Shown piece after piece: positions 23,339 through 34,110 of a stretch of DNA of 64,000 nucleotides. Every line of letters starts with the position of its first letter. Within the stretch, counting starts at the first letter, position 1. The DNA lies in assembly GCA_963849325.1 (NCBI GenBank), contig CAWKHF010000012.1:608001-672000 (forward strand), in the 5' to 3' direction. The position numbers and the translations under genes are program-made. The stretch is from an uncultured Planctomycetota bacterium. Lineage in GTDB: Bacteria; Planctomycetota; Planctomycetia; Gemmatales; Gemmataceae. A model generated the notes under the pieces. It saw only the letters and a program-made list of their open reading frames with translations. It was not told where the DNA came from and ran no database searches.

Positions 23339-24921
23339 CACTCCGCCGCGCTGCCCGGTGTGCCGTTCTCGCCGGACTGTTGACGTTGGCCCTCGTCCCG
23401 CCTTGCGCCGCCCAACGGCCGCAGGCGCCGGGCGGGTTGAAGCAACTCCCGCTCCGTCTCGAAGCCATCCCTTATGGTCAGCGGACGGATGCTTTTCGAC
23501 GCCTTCTCTTCGAGTTCCGCTTCCAGCCGGTCACCACTTTCGCCGAGATGCAAGAGAAGCCCGACGAATCCATCCTCATCGTGTTCGGCGATCCGAATTG
23601 TTTGACCAAGCAAAGGTTTCGAGACTATTTCCCTGACGGACCCCGCTCTTTTATCCAGGCCGGTGGCGCTGTGCTGATCGCCACCGATAAGGAAGTGGAG
23701 GGCGAGGCACGCGAGAATTTGTGGGACATAGCCCGAGTATCCGTGACCGGCGAAACCTTTAAGTGCTCGGAGGGTACGGAAGTTTATCGGAGGCTGGACT
23801 ACTGCCCCTTCGTGGAGCCGATCGCGGATTCCGGGCTTATGGATCGTTTGGCGAAGGTCATGGGCATGGGCGATAAGCCGGCTCTGTTCCGCAATCCCCA
23901 TCCCAATCAACCCGACCTGCGCGTCGCCACCAACGCACCCTCCAGTCTACGGGAGTCCCCGGGCTGGTGGGGCTTGCCGAGCGGCATCCATCGGCTGGCC
24001 CGACTTCCGGCCGCCTGTCTTAGCGACCGCGGCACACCGCAACGCGAAGGTCCGCTCTTCGCCGTCGGCGGATCGCTGGGTCAGGGCCGCGTTCTGGTGT
24101 TGGCGGACCACAGCATCTTCATCAACCGCATGATCTTGCCGCGCGACACCGGCAATCTGGAATTCGCCGCGAACTGCCTGCACTGGCTGCGCGGCGGCGC
24201 CTCCACTCCGGTCGAGATGCTCCACGCGGTCAAAAGCCCGCAAGCACTCCCGCGGCTGACCGGCCAGCGCAACAAGGTCCTGTTCGTGGAGGACGGCCAA
24301 GTCCACGACAGTTTCGCGGTGCCCATGAAGACGGTGCCGATCAAGCCGCCGCCGGCTTCGGAGCCGGCCATCGTCGCCGCCGTCGATCGAACCTTGGCCA
24401 ACATGGAAGATCGCCATTTCTTCGACGAGGGTCTGCTGAACAAGCTCGGCGACCACGGTTGGACGACGCGGAACCTAGGACGGAGCGCCGTGTGGCTGTT
24501 CTCGCTGACGCTGCTGCTCTTTCTGGGCTATCGCTACGTCTGGCGCGGCCGGCATCAGCTCGACACGGCAGTGCCGCTGCTGGAGCAAGCGGTGGCCGAG
24601 CACGAGCCGACCGCATCGCTCCTCGCTCAGCGCCGTCGGGCCTTGTTGCGGGCGGGCAACGTCTGGGAGACGGCGCATCAGTTGGCCCGGCAATGCTTCG
24701 AGTCGGCAGGCGTTGCCCTGACCGGACCCTCTCGGCCGCGCCTCGCGGTCCAGGGCAACTGGTGGCAGCGCTGGCGCGTCCGCCGGCGCGTTGCGCGCCT
24801 GTGGCAGCTGGCTCACGGCGAAACGCCGGTTCGCATTTCCCCCGCCGCCTTGAAACGATGGGTCCGCGAGCTGGACGAACTGAAGACCGCCCTGGCGAAG
24901 GGAACGATCCGATTGACCTGA
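23335..24921 (+). CDS. DUF4350-like secreted/membrane protein of the MoxR cluster
   Basis: ATGA overlap with upstream gene; GGAVLIATD, GQGRVLVLADHSIFINRM..NLEFAANCLHWL; C-terminal TM. Confidence 0.7.
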   Translation: MTLRRAARCAVLAGLLTLALVPPCAAQRPQAPGGLKQLPLRLEAIPYGQRTDAFRRLLFEFRFQPVTTFAEMQEKPDESILIVFGDPNCLTKQRFRDYFPDGPRSFIQAGGAVLIATDKEVEGEARENLWDIARVSVTGETFKCSEGTEVYRRLDYCPFVEPIADSGLMDRLAKVMGMGDKPALFRNPHPNQPDLRVATNAPSSLRESPGWWGLPSGIHRLARLPAACLSDRGTPQREGPLFAVGGSLGQGRVLVLADHSIFINRMILPRDTGNLEFAANCLHWLRGGASTPVEMLHAVKSPQALPRLTGQRNKVLFVEDGQVHDSFAVPMKTVPIKPPPASEPAIVAAVDRTLANMEDRHFFDEGLLNKLGDHGWTTRNLGRSAVWLFSLTLLLFLGYRYVWRGRHQLDTAVPLLEQAVAEHEPTASLLAQRRRALLRAGNVWETAHQLARQCFESAGVALTGPSRPRLAVQGNWWQRWRVRRRVARLWQLAHGETPVRISPAALKRWVRELDELKTALAKGTIRLT

Positions 24922-24953
24922 ATGAGCTGCTTGCGGCTTAGAGTCTGTCCGTT

Positions 24954-25072
24954 AAGCCCCTCTCCCCCGTACTCGGGGGAGAGGGGTTGGGGGTGAGGGG
25001 GCGGCAAACCCTGGGAAACCGCACCCCCTCACCCCAACCCCTCTCCCCCGGAGTACCGGGGGAGAGGGGCTT
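24954..25072. repeat. Nested palindromic repeat (CCCCTCTCCCCC..GGGGGAGAGGGG pair)
   Basis: Two hairpin-containing arms in inverted orientation. Confidence 0.85.
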
Positions 25073-25202
25073 ACCGGACAGACACTTAGCGCTAAGCCGC
25101 AAGCGGCGGAGTGGGCCCGTTTGCTGAGGTTTGCTGCATGGCCGGCGATCACGGATTGAACAGCGCGACGGATACCGAGGCGCTACGGCGCTCGTGCCGA
25201 AG

Positions 25203-26160
25203 ATGCGCGAGCTGCGCGATCGCGTCGTCGCCGAGGTCGGCAAGGTCGTCGTCGGCATGACCGAGGTCACGCACCAATTTCTCATCGCGCTGTTGGCCGG
25301 CGGACACGTCCTGCTTGAAGGCGTGCCCGGCGTCGCCAAGACGACGCTGTCGAAAACCTTCGCGCGCGTCCTCGGCACGCAGTACCAGCGCTTGCAGTTC
25401 ACGCCCGATCTGCTGCCCTCCGACGTGACCGGCACCTACGTCTTCGACCGCAAACAGAACGAATTCGTCCTGCGCAAGGGTCCGATCTTCTGCCAGGTGC
25501 TGTTGGCCGACGAGGTCAACCGCGCCCCGGCCAAGACGCAATCCGCCTTGCTGGAGGCGATGCAGGAGAACCAGGTCACCATCGAGGGCACCACCCTACC
25601 GCTGCCGCAACCGTTCATGGTGCTGGCCACGCAGAACCCCATTGAGCAGGAAGGCGTTTACCGTCTGCCCGAGGCCCAGCTCGACCGCTTTCTGCTGCGC
25701 GTGGACATGGGCTATCCCCAGCGCTTCGATGAGGTGGCCATGCTGCGTCTGCACAGCCATCCGGTGGCGCCGACGGACCAGTTGTTCACGGCCGAGCAGA
25801 TCCTCGACATTCAGTGGCAGGTAGCGGCGGTGCATGGCGACGAGACTCTGTTGGAATACATCGTCGATCTGGCCGACGCCAGCCGCAATCATCCCGACCT
25901 GGCCCTCGGCGCCAGCCCGCGCGCGCCCTGTGTCTGCTGCGCTGCGCCGCGCCTGCGCCGTGCTCGATGGCCGGCATTATTTCACGCACGAGGACGTACA
26001 GGCCATCGCTGTGGGCGTGCTCGGCCATCGCCTGATCGTGCGGCCCGAGGCCGAGGTTGAAGGCAAGCGCGCCCTCGACGTAGTGCGCGAGCTGCTGGAG
26101 ACGGTGCCGGTGCTGGAATCCGCGCCGCGGAAAACTCGGAAAGGCGAACGGCCGGCGTAA
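25203..26160 (+). CDS. MoxR-family AAA+ ATPase; frameshift near 25925; start uncertain
   Basis: HVLLEGVPGVAKT, QFTPDLLPSDVTG, LADEVNRAPAKTQSALLEAMQE, ATQNPIEQEG, LPEAQLDRF. Confidence 0.93.
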
Positions 26161-26242
26161 GCCGGCTGGTTCCCCCACCAGCCGGCTTCTACTGAACCAG
26201 CCGGCTTCTACTGAACCAGCCGGCTTACGCCGGCCGTTCGCC
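26143..26242. repeat. REP-like palindrome GGCGAACGGCCGGCGTAAGCCGGCTGGT with internal 19-bp tandem duplication
   Basis: Arms 26143-26170 and 26215-26242; ACCAGCCGGCTTCTACTGA twice (26177-26214); supplies the MoxR stop codon. Confidence 0.9.
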
Positions 26243-26309
26243 ATTCGAATGAAGGCCGCCTACACTATCTCCGCGTCCGACACGAACTCGACCATCGAGG
26301 GTTGCTGCC

Positions 26310-27697
26310 ATGAGAGATCCTTCTCGACGAGGATGGCTCTGCCTGGCCGTTGTGACGGCCCTGGCCGGAGCGTCCGTCTGCCGCGGCGAGGAGACGAAAA
26401 AACCGAATGTCGTTATCCTTCTCGCCGACGACATGGGTTACGCCGACGTCGGTTTTCACGGCTGTAAGGACATTCCGACGCCGAACATCGACTCGATCGC
26501 TCGCAACGGCGTCCGCTGCACCAACGGCTACGTCTCCGGCCCGTATTGCAGTCCGACGCGCGCCGGCTTGCTCACGGGCCGTTACCAGCAGCGTTTCGGC
26601 CACGAATTCAACCCCGGCGGACAGGGCGAAGAAAAAGGATTGCCGTTGACCGAGACGACAATCGCCGATCGGTTGCACTCGGCCGGCTATGCCACCGGAT
26701 TGGTCGGCAAGTGGCACCTCGGGAATGCTCCGCGCTTCCATCCGCAGAAGCGCGGCTTCGACGAGTTCTTCGGTTTCCTTGGCGGCGCCCATCCCTACCT
26801 GCCGGGCATGGGTGCTCCGATCTACCGCGGCACGGAGGTCGCCAAGGAAAAGGAATACCTCACCGACGCCTTCGGCCGCGAGGCCGTCGCCTTCATTGAT
26901 CGGCACAAGGACCAACCGTTCTTCCTCTACCTGGCCTTCAACGCCGTCCATACGCCGCTGCAAGCCACCGACGATCGCTTGCAGAAATTTTCCTCGATCG
27001 AAGATCCGAAAAGGCATAAGTATGCGGCCATGACCTTGGCGATGGACGAGGCGATCGGCAAGGTGCTTGCCAAGCTGCGCGGAAAAGCTGGAAGAGCGAC
27101 ACGCTGATCTTCTTCTTCAGCGACAACGGCGGGCCGGTCATGCGTGGCACGACGATCAACGGTTCGCGCAACGACCCGCTGCGCGGCTCGAAACGCACGA
27201 CGCTGGAGGGCGGCATTCGCGTGCCGTTCGCCGTCCAGTGGAAGGGGCACGTGCCGGCCGGCAAGGTCTATGAGAAGCCGGTCATCCAACTCGACATTCT
27301 GCCGACCGCGTTGGCCGCCGCCGGCGTGGACGTTCAAGCGGAATGGAAGCTCGACGGCGTGGACTTGCTGCCATATCTGAACGGCCGCAAGACCGGGACG
27401 CCGCACGAGACCCTGTATTGGCGGCTGGGACAGCAGATGGCCATTCGCCGCGGCGAGTGGAAACTGGTTCGCTACGACTCAGTCGCCGACGGCGCGGAGG
27501 GCGGCAAGGGCGCCGCCGTGACTTCCGCCAAGCTCTATCACCTCGGCGAGGACATCGGCGAGAAAAACGACCTGGCCGCCAAGCAACCCGAGCGCGTCCG
27601 CGAATTGCAAACGGCCTGGGACAAGTGGAGCGCCGAACTCGCCAAACCGCTGTGGGGTTCGCCGCGCCGAGCCGCGGCTCGGACGAATGGTCGCTAA
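26310..27697 (+). CDS. Sulfatase (formylglycine type); frameshift near 27085
   Basis: PNVVILLADDMGY, CSPTRAGLLTGRY, GKWHLG, AVHTPL, EGGIRVPF. Confidence 0.93.
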
Positions 27698-27710
27698 CGA
27701 GTTCTTCTCC

Positions 27711-27762
27711 GAGCCTGAAGCGTAAGCGAAGAGAATCGACTCTTCGCTTACGCTTCAGGCTC
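27711..27762. repeat. REP-like hairpin (GAGCCTGAAGCGTAAGCGAAG family)
   Basis: Perfect arms; related copies at 30909-30962, 38741-38789, 52162-52215 and 62484-62527. Confidence 0.9.
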
Positions 27763-27796
27763 CGAAAAAACGCGCTCTCCGGTATGAAGTAACGCC

Positions 27797-29887
27797 ATGT
27801 TGACCGCGCGTGCCTGGTGGTTCCTGCTCAGCGTACTGCTGGTCCTGACCGTGGGACTGCTGACGCCGTCACTGCCGCTCCTCCTGGTCGGCCTGACGCT
27901 GCTAGTGTGGTTCGCCTCGCAGTGGCTTCTGTTCCTGCTGCGATTGCCGGGTGTGCGCGAGCTGGACGTTGAGCGCGAGGTCTGGGACGACAAGGCGCCC
28001 GTCGCCACGCTCTGGGCCGGCCAGTGCTTCGAGGTGCGTCTGCGCCTGGTCGCCCCCAACTGGCTGGCGTCGCCTCACGTCGCCGCCGCCGATCATGTGC
28101 CCTATACTGTCGAACTCGTGGACGGACTCCGCACCGCCCAAGGCTCGGTCGGTCCCGGCCGACCCCTGGAGCTGTCCTATCGCATCGGCTGCGGTTCGGC
28201 CGGCCTGGTCCGCTTCGAGGGAATGCGCGTCCAGGCCGCCGACTGGCAGGGCTTCTTCTATCACGTCCATTTCGTCCACGCCGTCATGGTCCTGCGCGTC
28301 CTGCCGACGTTGGGACAGCGGGCCGGACAGCCGGCCTCGAAGAAGCGGCACAACCTGCTCATGCCGCCGGGCATCCACCGCTTGCACCGTCCGGGTTCGG
28401 GCAGCGAATTACTCGACCTCCGTGACTACCTGCCGGGCGATCCGCCCAAGACGATCGCCTGGAAGGTGTCGGCGCGGCGTGATCGTCTCATCACCAAGGA
28501 GTTCGAGAGTGAAGTGCCCGTCCGCTGTACGCTGTTCGTGGATACCTCGAACTCGGTGCGCATCGCCGGGCTGTCCGGCGTCGGGCCGCGCCAGGTGAGT
28601 TACGGCAAGTCTCTCGATCGCCTCGTCGAACTGGCCGCGGGCATTTTGCAAGCCGGCGTCCGCATCCGCGACCTGACCGGCCTGTGTCTGTTCGACGAGC
28701 AGGGCGCCGCGAGCGTCCGGCCGGATCGCGGCGGTGCCCACCTGACGGATTGCCTGCGTCGGTTGGCCGACGCCGCCGCCTTGCAGCCCCGGCTCGAGCG
28801 CGTCAATCCTGATCACCTGCTCCCTCTGGCCTACAGTTTCGCTGTTGAAGTTTACCCGGAGCTGTTGCGGCCCGCGGTCAACTCCACGCCCCTGTTGATG
28901 ACCTGGCTGGAAGGGTTCGCCGGCTACACGCGCCGGCTCCCCTTTGGCCTGTGGGAGCTGCGGCGGCGCTGGAGGACCGCGCTGGGTAGGCTCGATCTCT
29001 TCGAGCTGCTGCATCGTCGCAAGAGCGAACTGCGCAGTCTCTGCTGGTGGTCGTCGTTCTGGGCCTTGGTCCTGCCGTTGTCTCTCTTCGCTGCCAAAGT
29101 GTTCCTGAAAGTTCGCATCCCGGAAAAGCTGCTGGTGTTTGTGCTCTTCTTCTCTCCCCTGGCGTCCCTTCTAATGTGGGGATCGACCTTCCTTCTCTTC
29201 GGGCTGGATGCGTTAACGGGCCGGGCCAAGCGGCGGCGCGATCGCTGGCGCAAGCAGTTGGCCGCCATCCTGTCGGCGCGTTACGGCCTGGGGGCGGGCG
29301 GTTTGTCGGCCCTTCTGGAAGACGACGACGCTTTTTCGCTGCGGACCCAGCAATTCCTTGGCGAGCACCAGGTTCCGTACTCACTGCCCTTGTACGGCCG
29401 CGATGGCCGGTATCTATTCGCGTCCCCCGAGAAGGTATCGGTGCTGGCTGACGCCCTGCTGCGCGCCGTGGGCAAGGGACGCGATAACGAGCTGTTCGTC
29501 CTCCTGGCGGACCTGCTGGAGCTGGATGACGGACTCGATCCGCTCTTGCGGGCGGTGCGCGTGGCTCTGGGCCGGCATCACCAGGTCGTACTCATCTGTC
29601 CCTGGCCGCCGGGCCTGGCCCTGCCTCACGACAACCCGGCCGGACAGGCCGCCGCCGCGCTGGCGGTCCACGGCCGGCCGCGCGGCCGACGTTCGGCGTC
29701 GGCCAGCCCGCACGCGGTCTTGTGGGACCAGGTAACGACGCGGCGTTTCCACGCCGCCTATCAGCGGCTCCGCCGAACCTTCACGCGCCTGGGCGTGGCC
29801 GTCGTCTGCGCCGCCAGTGATGAGCCGGCCCCGCTGATTCTCCGTCGCCTGGAACGCTTGCGCACCTTGGGGAGACCCCACGCATGA
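27797..29887 (+). CDS. DUF58 domain membrane protein (MoxR partner)
   Basis: GSGSELLDLRDYLPGDPPKTIAWKVSARR..KEFESE..LFVDTSNS. Confidence 0.88.
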   Translation: MLTARAWWFLLSVLLVLTVGLLTPSLPLLLVGLTLLVWFASQWLLFLLRLPGVRELDVEREVWDDKAPVATLWAGQCFEVRLRLVAPNWLASPHVAAADHVPYTVELVDGLRTAQGSVGPGRPLELSYRIGCGSAGLVRFEGMRVQAADWQGFFYHVHFVHAVMVLRVLPTLGQRAGQPASKKRHNLLMPPGIHRLHRPGSGSELLDLRDYLPGDPPKTIAWKVSARRDRLITKEFESEVPVRCTLFVDTSNSVRIAGLSGVGPRQVSYGKSLDRLVELAAGILQAGVRIRDLTGLCLFDEQGAASVRPDRGGAHLTDCLRRLADAAALQPRLERVNPDHLLPLAYSFAVEVYPELLRPAVNSTPLLMTWLEGFAGYTRRLPFGLWELRRRWRTALGRLDLFELLHRRKSELRSLCWWSSFWALVLPLSLFAAKVFLKVRIPEKLLVFVLFFSPLASLLMWGSTFLLFGLDALTGRAKRRRDRWRKQLAAILSARYGLGAGGLSALLEDDDAFSLRTQQFLGEHQVPYSLPLYGRDGRYLFASPEKVSVLADALLRAVGKGRDNELFVLLADLLELDDGLDPLLRAVRVALGRHHQVVLICPWPPGLALPHDNPAGQAAAALAVHGRPRGRRSASASPHAVLWDQVTTRRFHAAYQRLRRTFTRLGVAVVCAASDEPAPLILRRLERLRTLGRPHA

Positions 29888-30670
29888 ACCCGGCTCACGC
29901 CGCGCCTCGGCCGCCCTCGCGCCAGGAGCTGCGCACCCATCCGGCGGTGCGCAACTACACGCTGTTCAGTCTCGCCTCGATGTTCCTCCTGGTCGTGTGC
30001 CTGGCGGATCGCGGTCTGGGGTGGTGGTGCCTGATGCCGGCGGTGGTCGGCGGCTTGTCCCTGCTGGCGCACTGGAGTATTGGACCGCCGCTGGTGATCG
30101 TGTCCCTGACTGGCTTGCTCCTGTCGAGCAGCCGTTACCGTCCGGTCTATCCGTACTGGGGACGCGACCCGGTGCCAACGGCGATGGATTTGCTGCTGTG
30201 CGCCGCCGTGCTGGGTTATGTCGTGGGGCACTATCGTCTGCTGTCGCTGGTGCGTCACGTCTTCCCGGCCGACCCGCGGCGCCCTCTTCGCGGTCCCCTG
30301 GCGAACACGGCCCGGCGTCGCTCCGCCGACCTGGTGAGCGCCGGCGAGATGACTCGGCTGGTGTTGACGCTGCCGTTGTGGACGGGAACCTCCATCCTCG
30401 CCTGGGGATGGCTGATAGAGGAAGCTCCGGCCCTGGACATGCCGGTTCGCGTTTGGCGAACGCTGCGGATGGTCTGGGCCATCCTCGCCGTTCTGGCCCT
30501 GACCGCGATCGTGGCCGGCTACCTGCGGCAAACGACGGCGACGCCGGAGGAAAGTTTGCTGTACTTGCAGGACCAGGTTCTGGCGGCCGACGCGAGGAGA
30601 GCAAGGCCGTCTCCATCGCTGGCTGACGTGGGCGCGGCTACGCGGCCGGCGCGGAAGGGAGACGTTATGA
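29884..30670 (+). CDS. Hypothetical polytopic membrane protein (3' end uncertain; apparent fusion to next gene probably due to an indel near 30580)
   Basis: Multiple TM helices; ATGA overlap with the DUF58 gene. Confidence 0.65.
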
Positions 30671-30903
30671 GGTTCTGGTGGCGCGAGCTGGGCGGCTGGC
30701 TGCTGATCGGTCTGGGGCTGTTGTGCTTCGGCGTCGTCTGGCAGTTCTGCAAGAGGCGCTGGCTGCTGGAAGCGATGCCGATGACGGTCATCGGCATGAT
30801 GATCTTCTGGGGCGGCATTCATCTGCTCAAGGTCGCGGTCGCGGTGCGCATCTGTCAGCAGGCCCAGGATCGGCTCTACCCCGCCTCGAAGAAAAAAGAA
30901 TAA
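30667..30903 (+). CDS. Small two-TM hypothetical protein
   Basis: MRFWWRELGGWLLIGLGL..; GGGAG RBS. Confidence 0.6.
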   Translation: MRFWWRELGGWLLIGLGLLCFGVVWQFCKRRWLLEAMPMTVIGMMIFWGGIHLLKVAVAVRICQQAQDRLYPASKKKE

Positions 30904-30965
30904 CAGAATCCGAGCCTGAAGCGTAAGCGAAGAGATTTCTTCGCTTACGCTTCAGGCTCGGACCC

Positions 30966-31355
30966 TCACCAGCCGCGGATCATCAGCGCCAGGCCGATCC
31001 ATTGCGTCAACGCGATCAGCGCGCCGAAGAGGACTGCCGCCTTGGCCCGGTTGCGCGAGGCGATGTCGCTGGCGAGGTTGTGCGCGGCCCGACAACCCAG
31101 GACGACCGCCACCGGCCCGAGAAGTAAACCGACCCCCGGTATCAGAGACCACAGCGAGAGCCGATAGGCCCGCCACGCCGCCGGGTCCGTATCATTGCCC
31201 GCCGTCTCCCCTTCGTCCGGATTGCCGCGCCGCCGCGTGCCGGAGCGCCGCTCCGAGGAACGGGGCGGAGCGGGGTCGGCGCGCAGCGGACTTCCGCAGG
31301 CGGAACAGGTGACGGCTTCGACGCGGTTTTCGGTGTGGCAGGCCGGACAATCCAT
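30966..31355 (-). CDS. Zinc-ribbon plus two-TM (DUF4190-like) protein
   Basis: MDCPACHTEN..TCSACG; SLIPGVGLLLGPVAVVLG. Confidence 0.75.
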   Translation of the reverse strand: MDCPACHTENRVEAVTCSACGSPLRADPAPPRSSERRSGTRRRGNPDEGETAGNDTDPAAWRAYRLSLWSLIPGVGLLLGPVAVVLGCRAAHNLASDIASRNRAKAAVLFGALIALTQWIGLALMIRGW

Positions 31356-31497
31356 AAAGTCCGAAGTACAAAGTACGAAGTACGAAAAACGGCCCAACGA
31401 TCCGGCCGAGTCTCTGGACGTGAGGCTGTTATAGTCCGTTCGTTCGTCGTCGTCTTCTTTTCGATCTTTGTCGTTCGTAGCGAGTCGGATGGTTGTC

Positions 31498-33018
31498 ATG
31501 CGCTATCGTCCCAGTTTCGAGGAATTCGTCGAACTGACGCGCTCGTCGGCCGGGCCGGTCGGTCTGGTGCCGGTGTATCGCCAGCTCATCGGCGACACGC
31601 TGACGCCGGTCAGCGCCTTCTGCAAGGTCCAGGAGGGCGACTGGTCGTTCCTTTTCGAGAGCGTCATCGGCGGCGAACGTCTCGGGCGCTACAGCTTCGT
31701 CGGCTCCGGTCCATTCCAGCGCTTCGAGGCGTTCGGCCGAAGGGTGCGGATTCACGCGCCGCCGCCCGGATCGCCAGCCGGTGCCGTCGCATTGACCGAG
31801 TTGGAACATCCGGACCCACTGCGTCTGCTGGAAGAACGGCTGTTGGCTTATCGGGCGCCGTACCTGCCGGGCCTACCGCGCTTCTGCGGCGGCGCCGTCG
31901 GTTACGCGGGCTACGACGCGGTTCGCTACGTCGAGCGCCTACCCCAGTCGCCGCCGGACGACCGCGGCTTGCCCGATCTCTGCTTCGCCTTCTACGACCG
32001 CATGGTCATCTTCGACCATCTCAACAAGACCGTGGCCGCCGTCGCGCACGCCCACGTCGATCCGTCCAACCCGCGGGCCTGCTACGACGCCGCCTGCGGC
32101 CGCGTCGATCGGCTCGTCGAACGGTTGCAGCAAGGTGTCGCCGACCTGCAACTGACCGATATCCAACCCCTGGGCGACGCCACGGCCCCTTTCCGGTCGA
32201 ACTTCGAGCGCCGCGCCTTCGAGGCTGCCGTCGTGCGCTGCAAGGAGTACATCTACGCCGGCGACATCTTCCAGGTGGTCCTCAGCCAACGATTGCAAAC
32301 GGAGACGCGGGCGCGGCCGTTCGACATTTACCGGACCCTGCGCGTCGTCAATCCCAGTCCGTTCCTGTTCTACCTGAAGTCGGGACCGTTGTGTCTGGTC
32401 GGCTCGTCGCCGGAGATCATGGTCCGCGTCGAGGGCGACAAGGTGACGATCCGCCCGCTGGCCGGTACACGACGGCGAGGCCGCGACGACGAGGAGGACG
32501 AGCGCCTGGCCGCCGAGCTGCTGGCCGATCCGAAGGAGCGCGCCGAGCACATCATGCTCGTGGACCTCGGCCGCAACGACGTCGGCCGCGTCGCTCGCTA
32601 TGGCAGCGTCCACCTGAGCGACGTGCTGACCGTGGAGCGCTACAGCCACGTCATGCACCTGTGCAGCACCGTGACGGGCCGTCTGCAAGCAGGCAAGACC
32701 GCCTTCGACGCCCTGCGCTCGTGCCTGCCCGCCGGCACGCTCAGCGGCGCTCCGAAGGTGCGCGCCATGGAGATCATCGACGAGCTGGAGCCGCATCGCC
32801 GCGGCCCCTACGGCGGGGCGGTCGGCTACGTCGATTTCAGCGGCAACATGGACACCTGCATCGCCCTGCGGACGCTGGTGCTCAAGGGGCAGACGGCTTA
32901 CTTGCAGGCCGGCGCCGGTATCGTCGCCGACAGCATTCCCGCCAGTGAATATGAGGAGACGTTGAACAAGGCGCGCGGCCTGCTACGAGCGCTGGAGATG
33001 GCCGAGAAGCAGTTGTGA
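31498..33018 (+). CDS. trpE: Anthranilate synthase component I
   Basis: DTLTPVSAF, FLFESVIGGERLGRYS, GDIFQVVLSQR, NPSPFLF, AEHIMLVDLGRND, PAGTLSGAPK. Confidence 0.95.
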   Translation: MRYRPSFEEFVELTRSSAGPVGLVPVYRQLIGDTLTPVSAFCKVQEGDWSFLFESVIGGERLGRYSFVGSGPFQRFEAFGRRVRIHAPPPGSPAGAVALTELEHPDPLRLLEERLLAYRAPYLPGLPRFCGGAVGYAGYDAVRYVERLPQSPPDDRGLPDLCFAFYDRMVIFDHLNKTVAAVAHAHVDPSNPRACYDAACGRVDRLVERLQQGVADLQLTDIQPLGDATAPFRSNFERRAFEAAVVRCKEYIYAGDIFQVVLSQRLQTETRARPFDIYRTLRVVNPSPFLFYLKSGPLCLVGSSPEIMVRVEGDKVTIRPLAGTRRRGRDDEEDERLAAELLADPKERAEHIMLVDLGRNDVGRVARYGSVHLSDVLTVERYSHVMHLCSTVTGRLQAGKTAFDALRSCLPAGTLSGAPKVRAMEIIDELEPHRRGPYGGAVGYVDFSGNMDTCIALRTLVLKGQTAYLQAGAGIVADSIPASEYEETLNKARGLLRALEMAEKQL

Positions 33019-33031
33019 TCGACCTGGAGTC

Positions 33032-34099
33032 TCAGGGGATGAGCGTTGCCCGCCATTGCTCATCGAGTTCCTGGACCGTCTTGCCCGTCAGCGTCTGGAA
33101 CGCTTCCTCCTTGTACTTGCCCTCGCGCATCAACTGGTTAAGTTTGCGCACGAGTCCCTTGTCGTATTTCTCGGTGACGTAGGCCAGGAACGCCGCCGTT
33201 ACCCGATAGCTGCCGTTGTAGTGGGCTCGCTTCGGATTGATGGGTCCCAGCTTGCCTGGCTCGTACTTGAAGAAGCGGATGTAATCGGCGATGCCCTCCA
33301 CCAGCCAGCCTGGATTGCCCCGAGAACGATAATCCTGCACGATGTGGACCGTCTCATGGACCATCGCGCCAACGTCCTGGGGGCGGTCCTTGAACCACTT
33401 CACCGAACCCGTGATGCGACCGCCGCCGGCCGCCGCCACGCCTCGATAGTCCTTCCGCAGTGTCATCTTCACCACACGCCGCGGCCGGAAGCCGTCGCTC
33501 TTCAGTTCCTCGTTAATCATCGGATATTGGCGCTCGCAGATGCGCGCGGCCTTGTCGGCCCAGTCCTTCATCTCCGGCGCATCGCTCACGTCCACGACGA
33601 ACTCGACGGGATACTTGAAGATCGCCACCGCCGGATCGGACTCGATGGTGATCTCGCGGACGGCCAGCGGGTGCGGCAAGTCCGCGGCGGGTTTGATCCG
33701 AATGGCCTTGATCTGCCGGTCCGCGGGCCGAGCACGGGCAACTCCGTCCGCGAACTTCGCCACGGACTCGAACTTGTCGCCGTCCGCCGAAACCTCCAGT
33801 GTCCCCGCGTCGAGCTGGTCGCGTCCCTCGGGCCGGCCGGTGGTGACGACGAGGGACTTCACGGCCACCAGCTTGTCGAGCACCAGCGTGAAATGATCGC
33901 TCGCGCCGACGTTCTTCTCCGAAGCGAAAAACGTCGCGGGATCGCCGTCGAAGGCGAGCTGGCGGATGTGATCGGCATCCGTTGTCAGCGTCGTTTCGAT
34001 GGTCGCGGCCACCGGCGATTTCGCTGGCTTCGCGGTTGGTGTCTCCCGCGCCAGGCATGGCAGTGCGACGAGGAAGAGGAACGGAAGCAAACGTCGCAT
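33032..34099 (-). CDS. Secreted basic-secretory-protein (BSP) family metallopeptidase-like protein with N-terminal discoidin-like domain
   Basis: Signal peptide; AFDGDPATFF; MVHETVHIVQ (HExxH); GWLVEGIADYIR. Confidence 0.85.
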   Translation of the reverse strand: MRRLLPFLFLVALPCLARETPTAKPAKSPVAATIETTLTTDADHIRQLAFDGDPATFFASEKNVGASDHFTLVLDKLVAVKSLVVTTGRPEGRDQLDAGTLEVSADGDKFESVAKFADGVARARPADRQIKAIRIKPAADLPHPLAVREITIESDPAVAIFKYPVEFVVDVSDAPEMKDWADKAARICERQYPMINEELKSDGFRPRRVVKMTLRKDYRGVAAAGGGRITGSVKWFKDRPQDVGAMVHETVHIVQDYRSRGNPGWLVEGIADYIRFFKYEPGKLGPINPKRAHYNGSYRVTAAFLAYVTEKYDKGLVRKLNQLMREGKYKEEAFQTLTGKTVQELDEQWRATLIP

Positions 34100-34110
34100 G
34101 AAGGGCCTTC

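Noticed and set aside
26177-26227. Mini-CRISPR from 19-bp repeats
   Set aside because: Direct tandem duplication of part of a REP arm, with no spacers
29884-30903. Single 339-aa fused membrane protein
   Set aside because: An internal RBS + ATG at 30667 and a junk-like linker suggest two genes joined by an indel
31357-31387. AAGTACG short tandem repeat as a regulatory array
   Set aside because: Only about four degenerate 7-bp units; nothing supports a function
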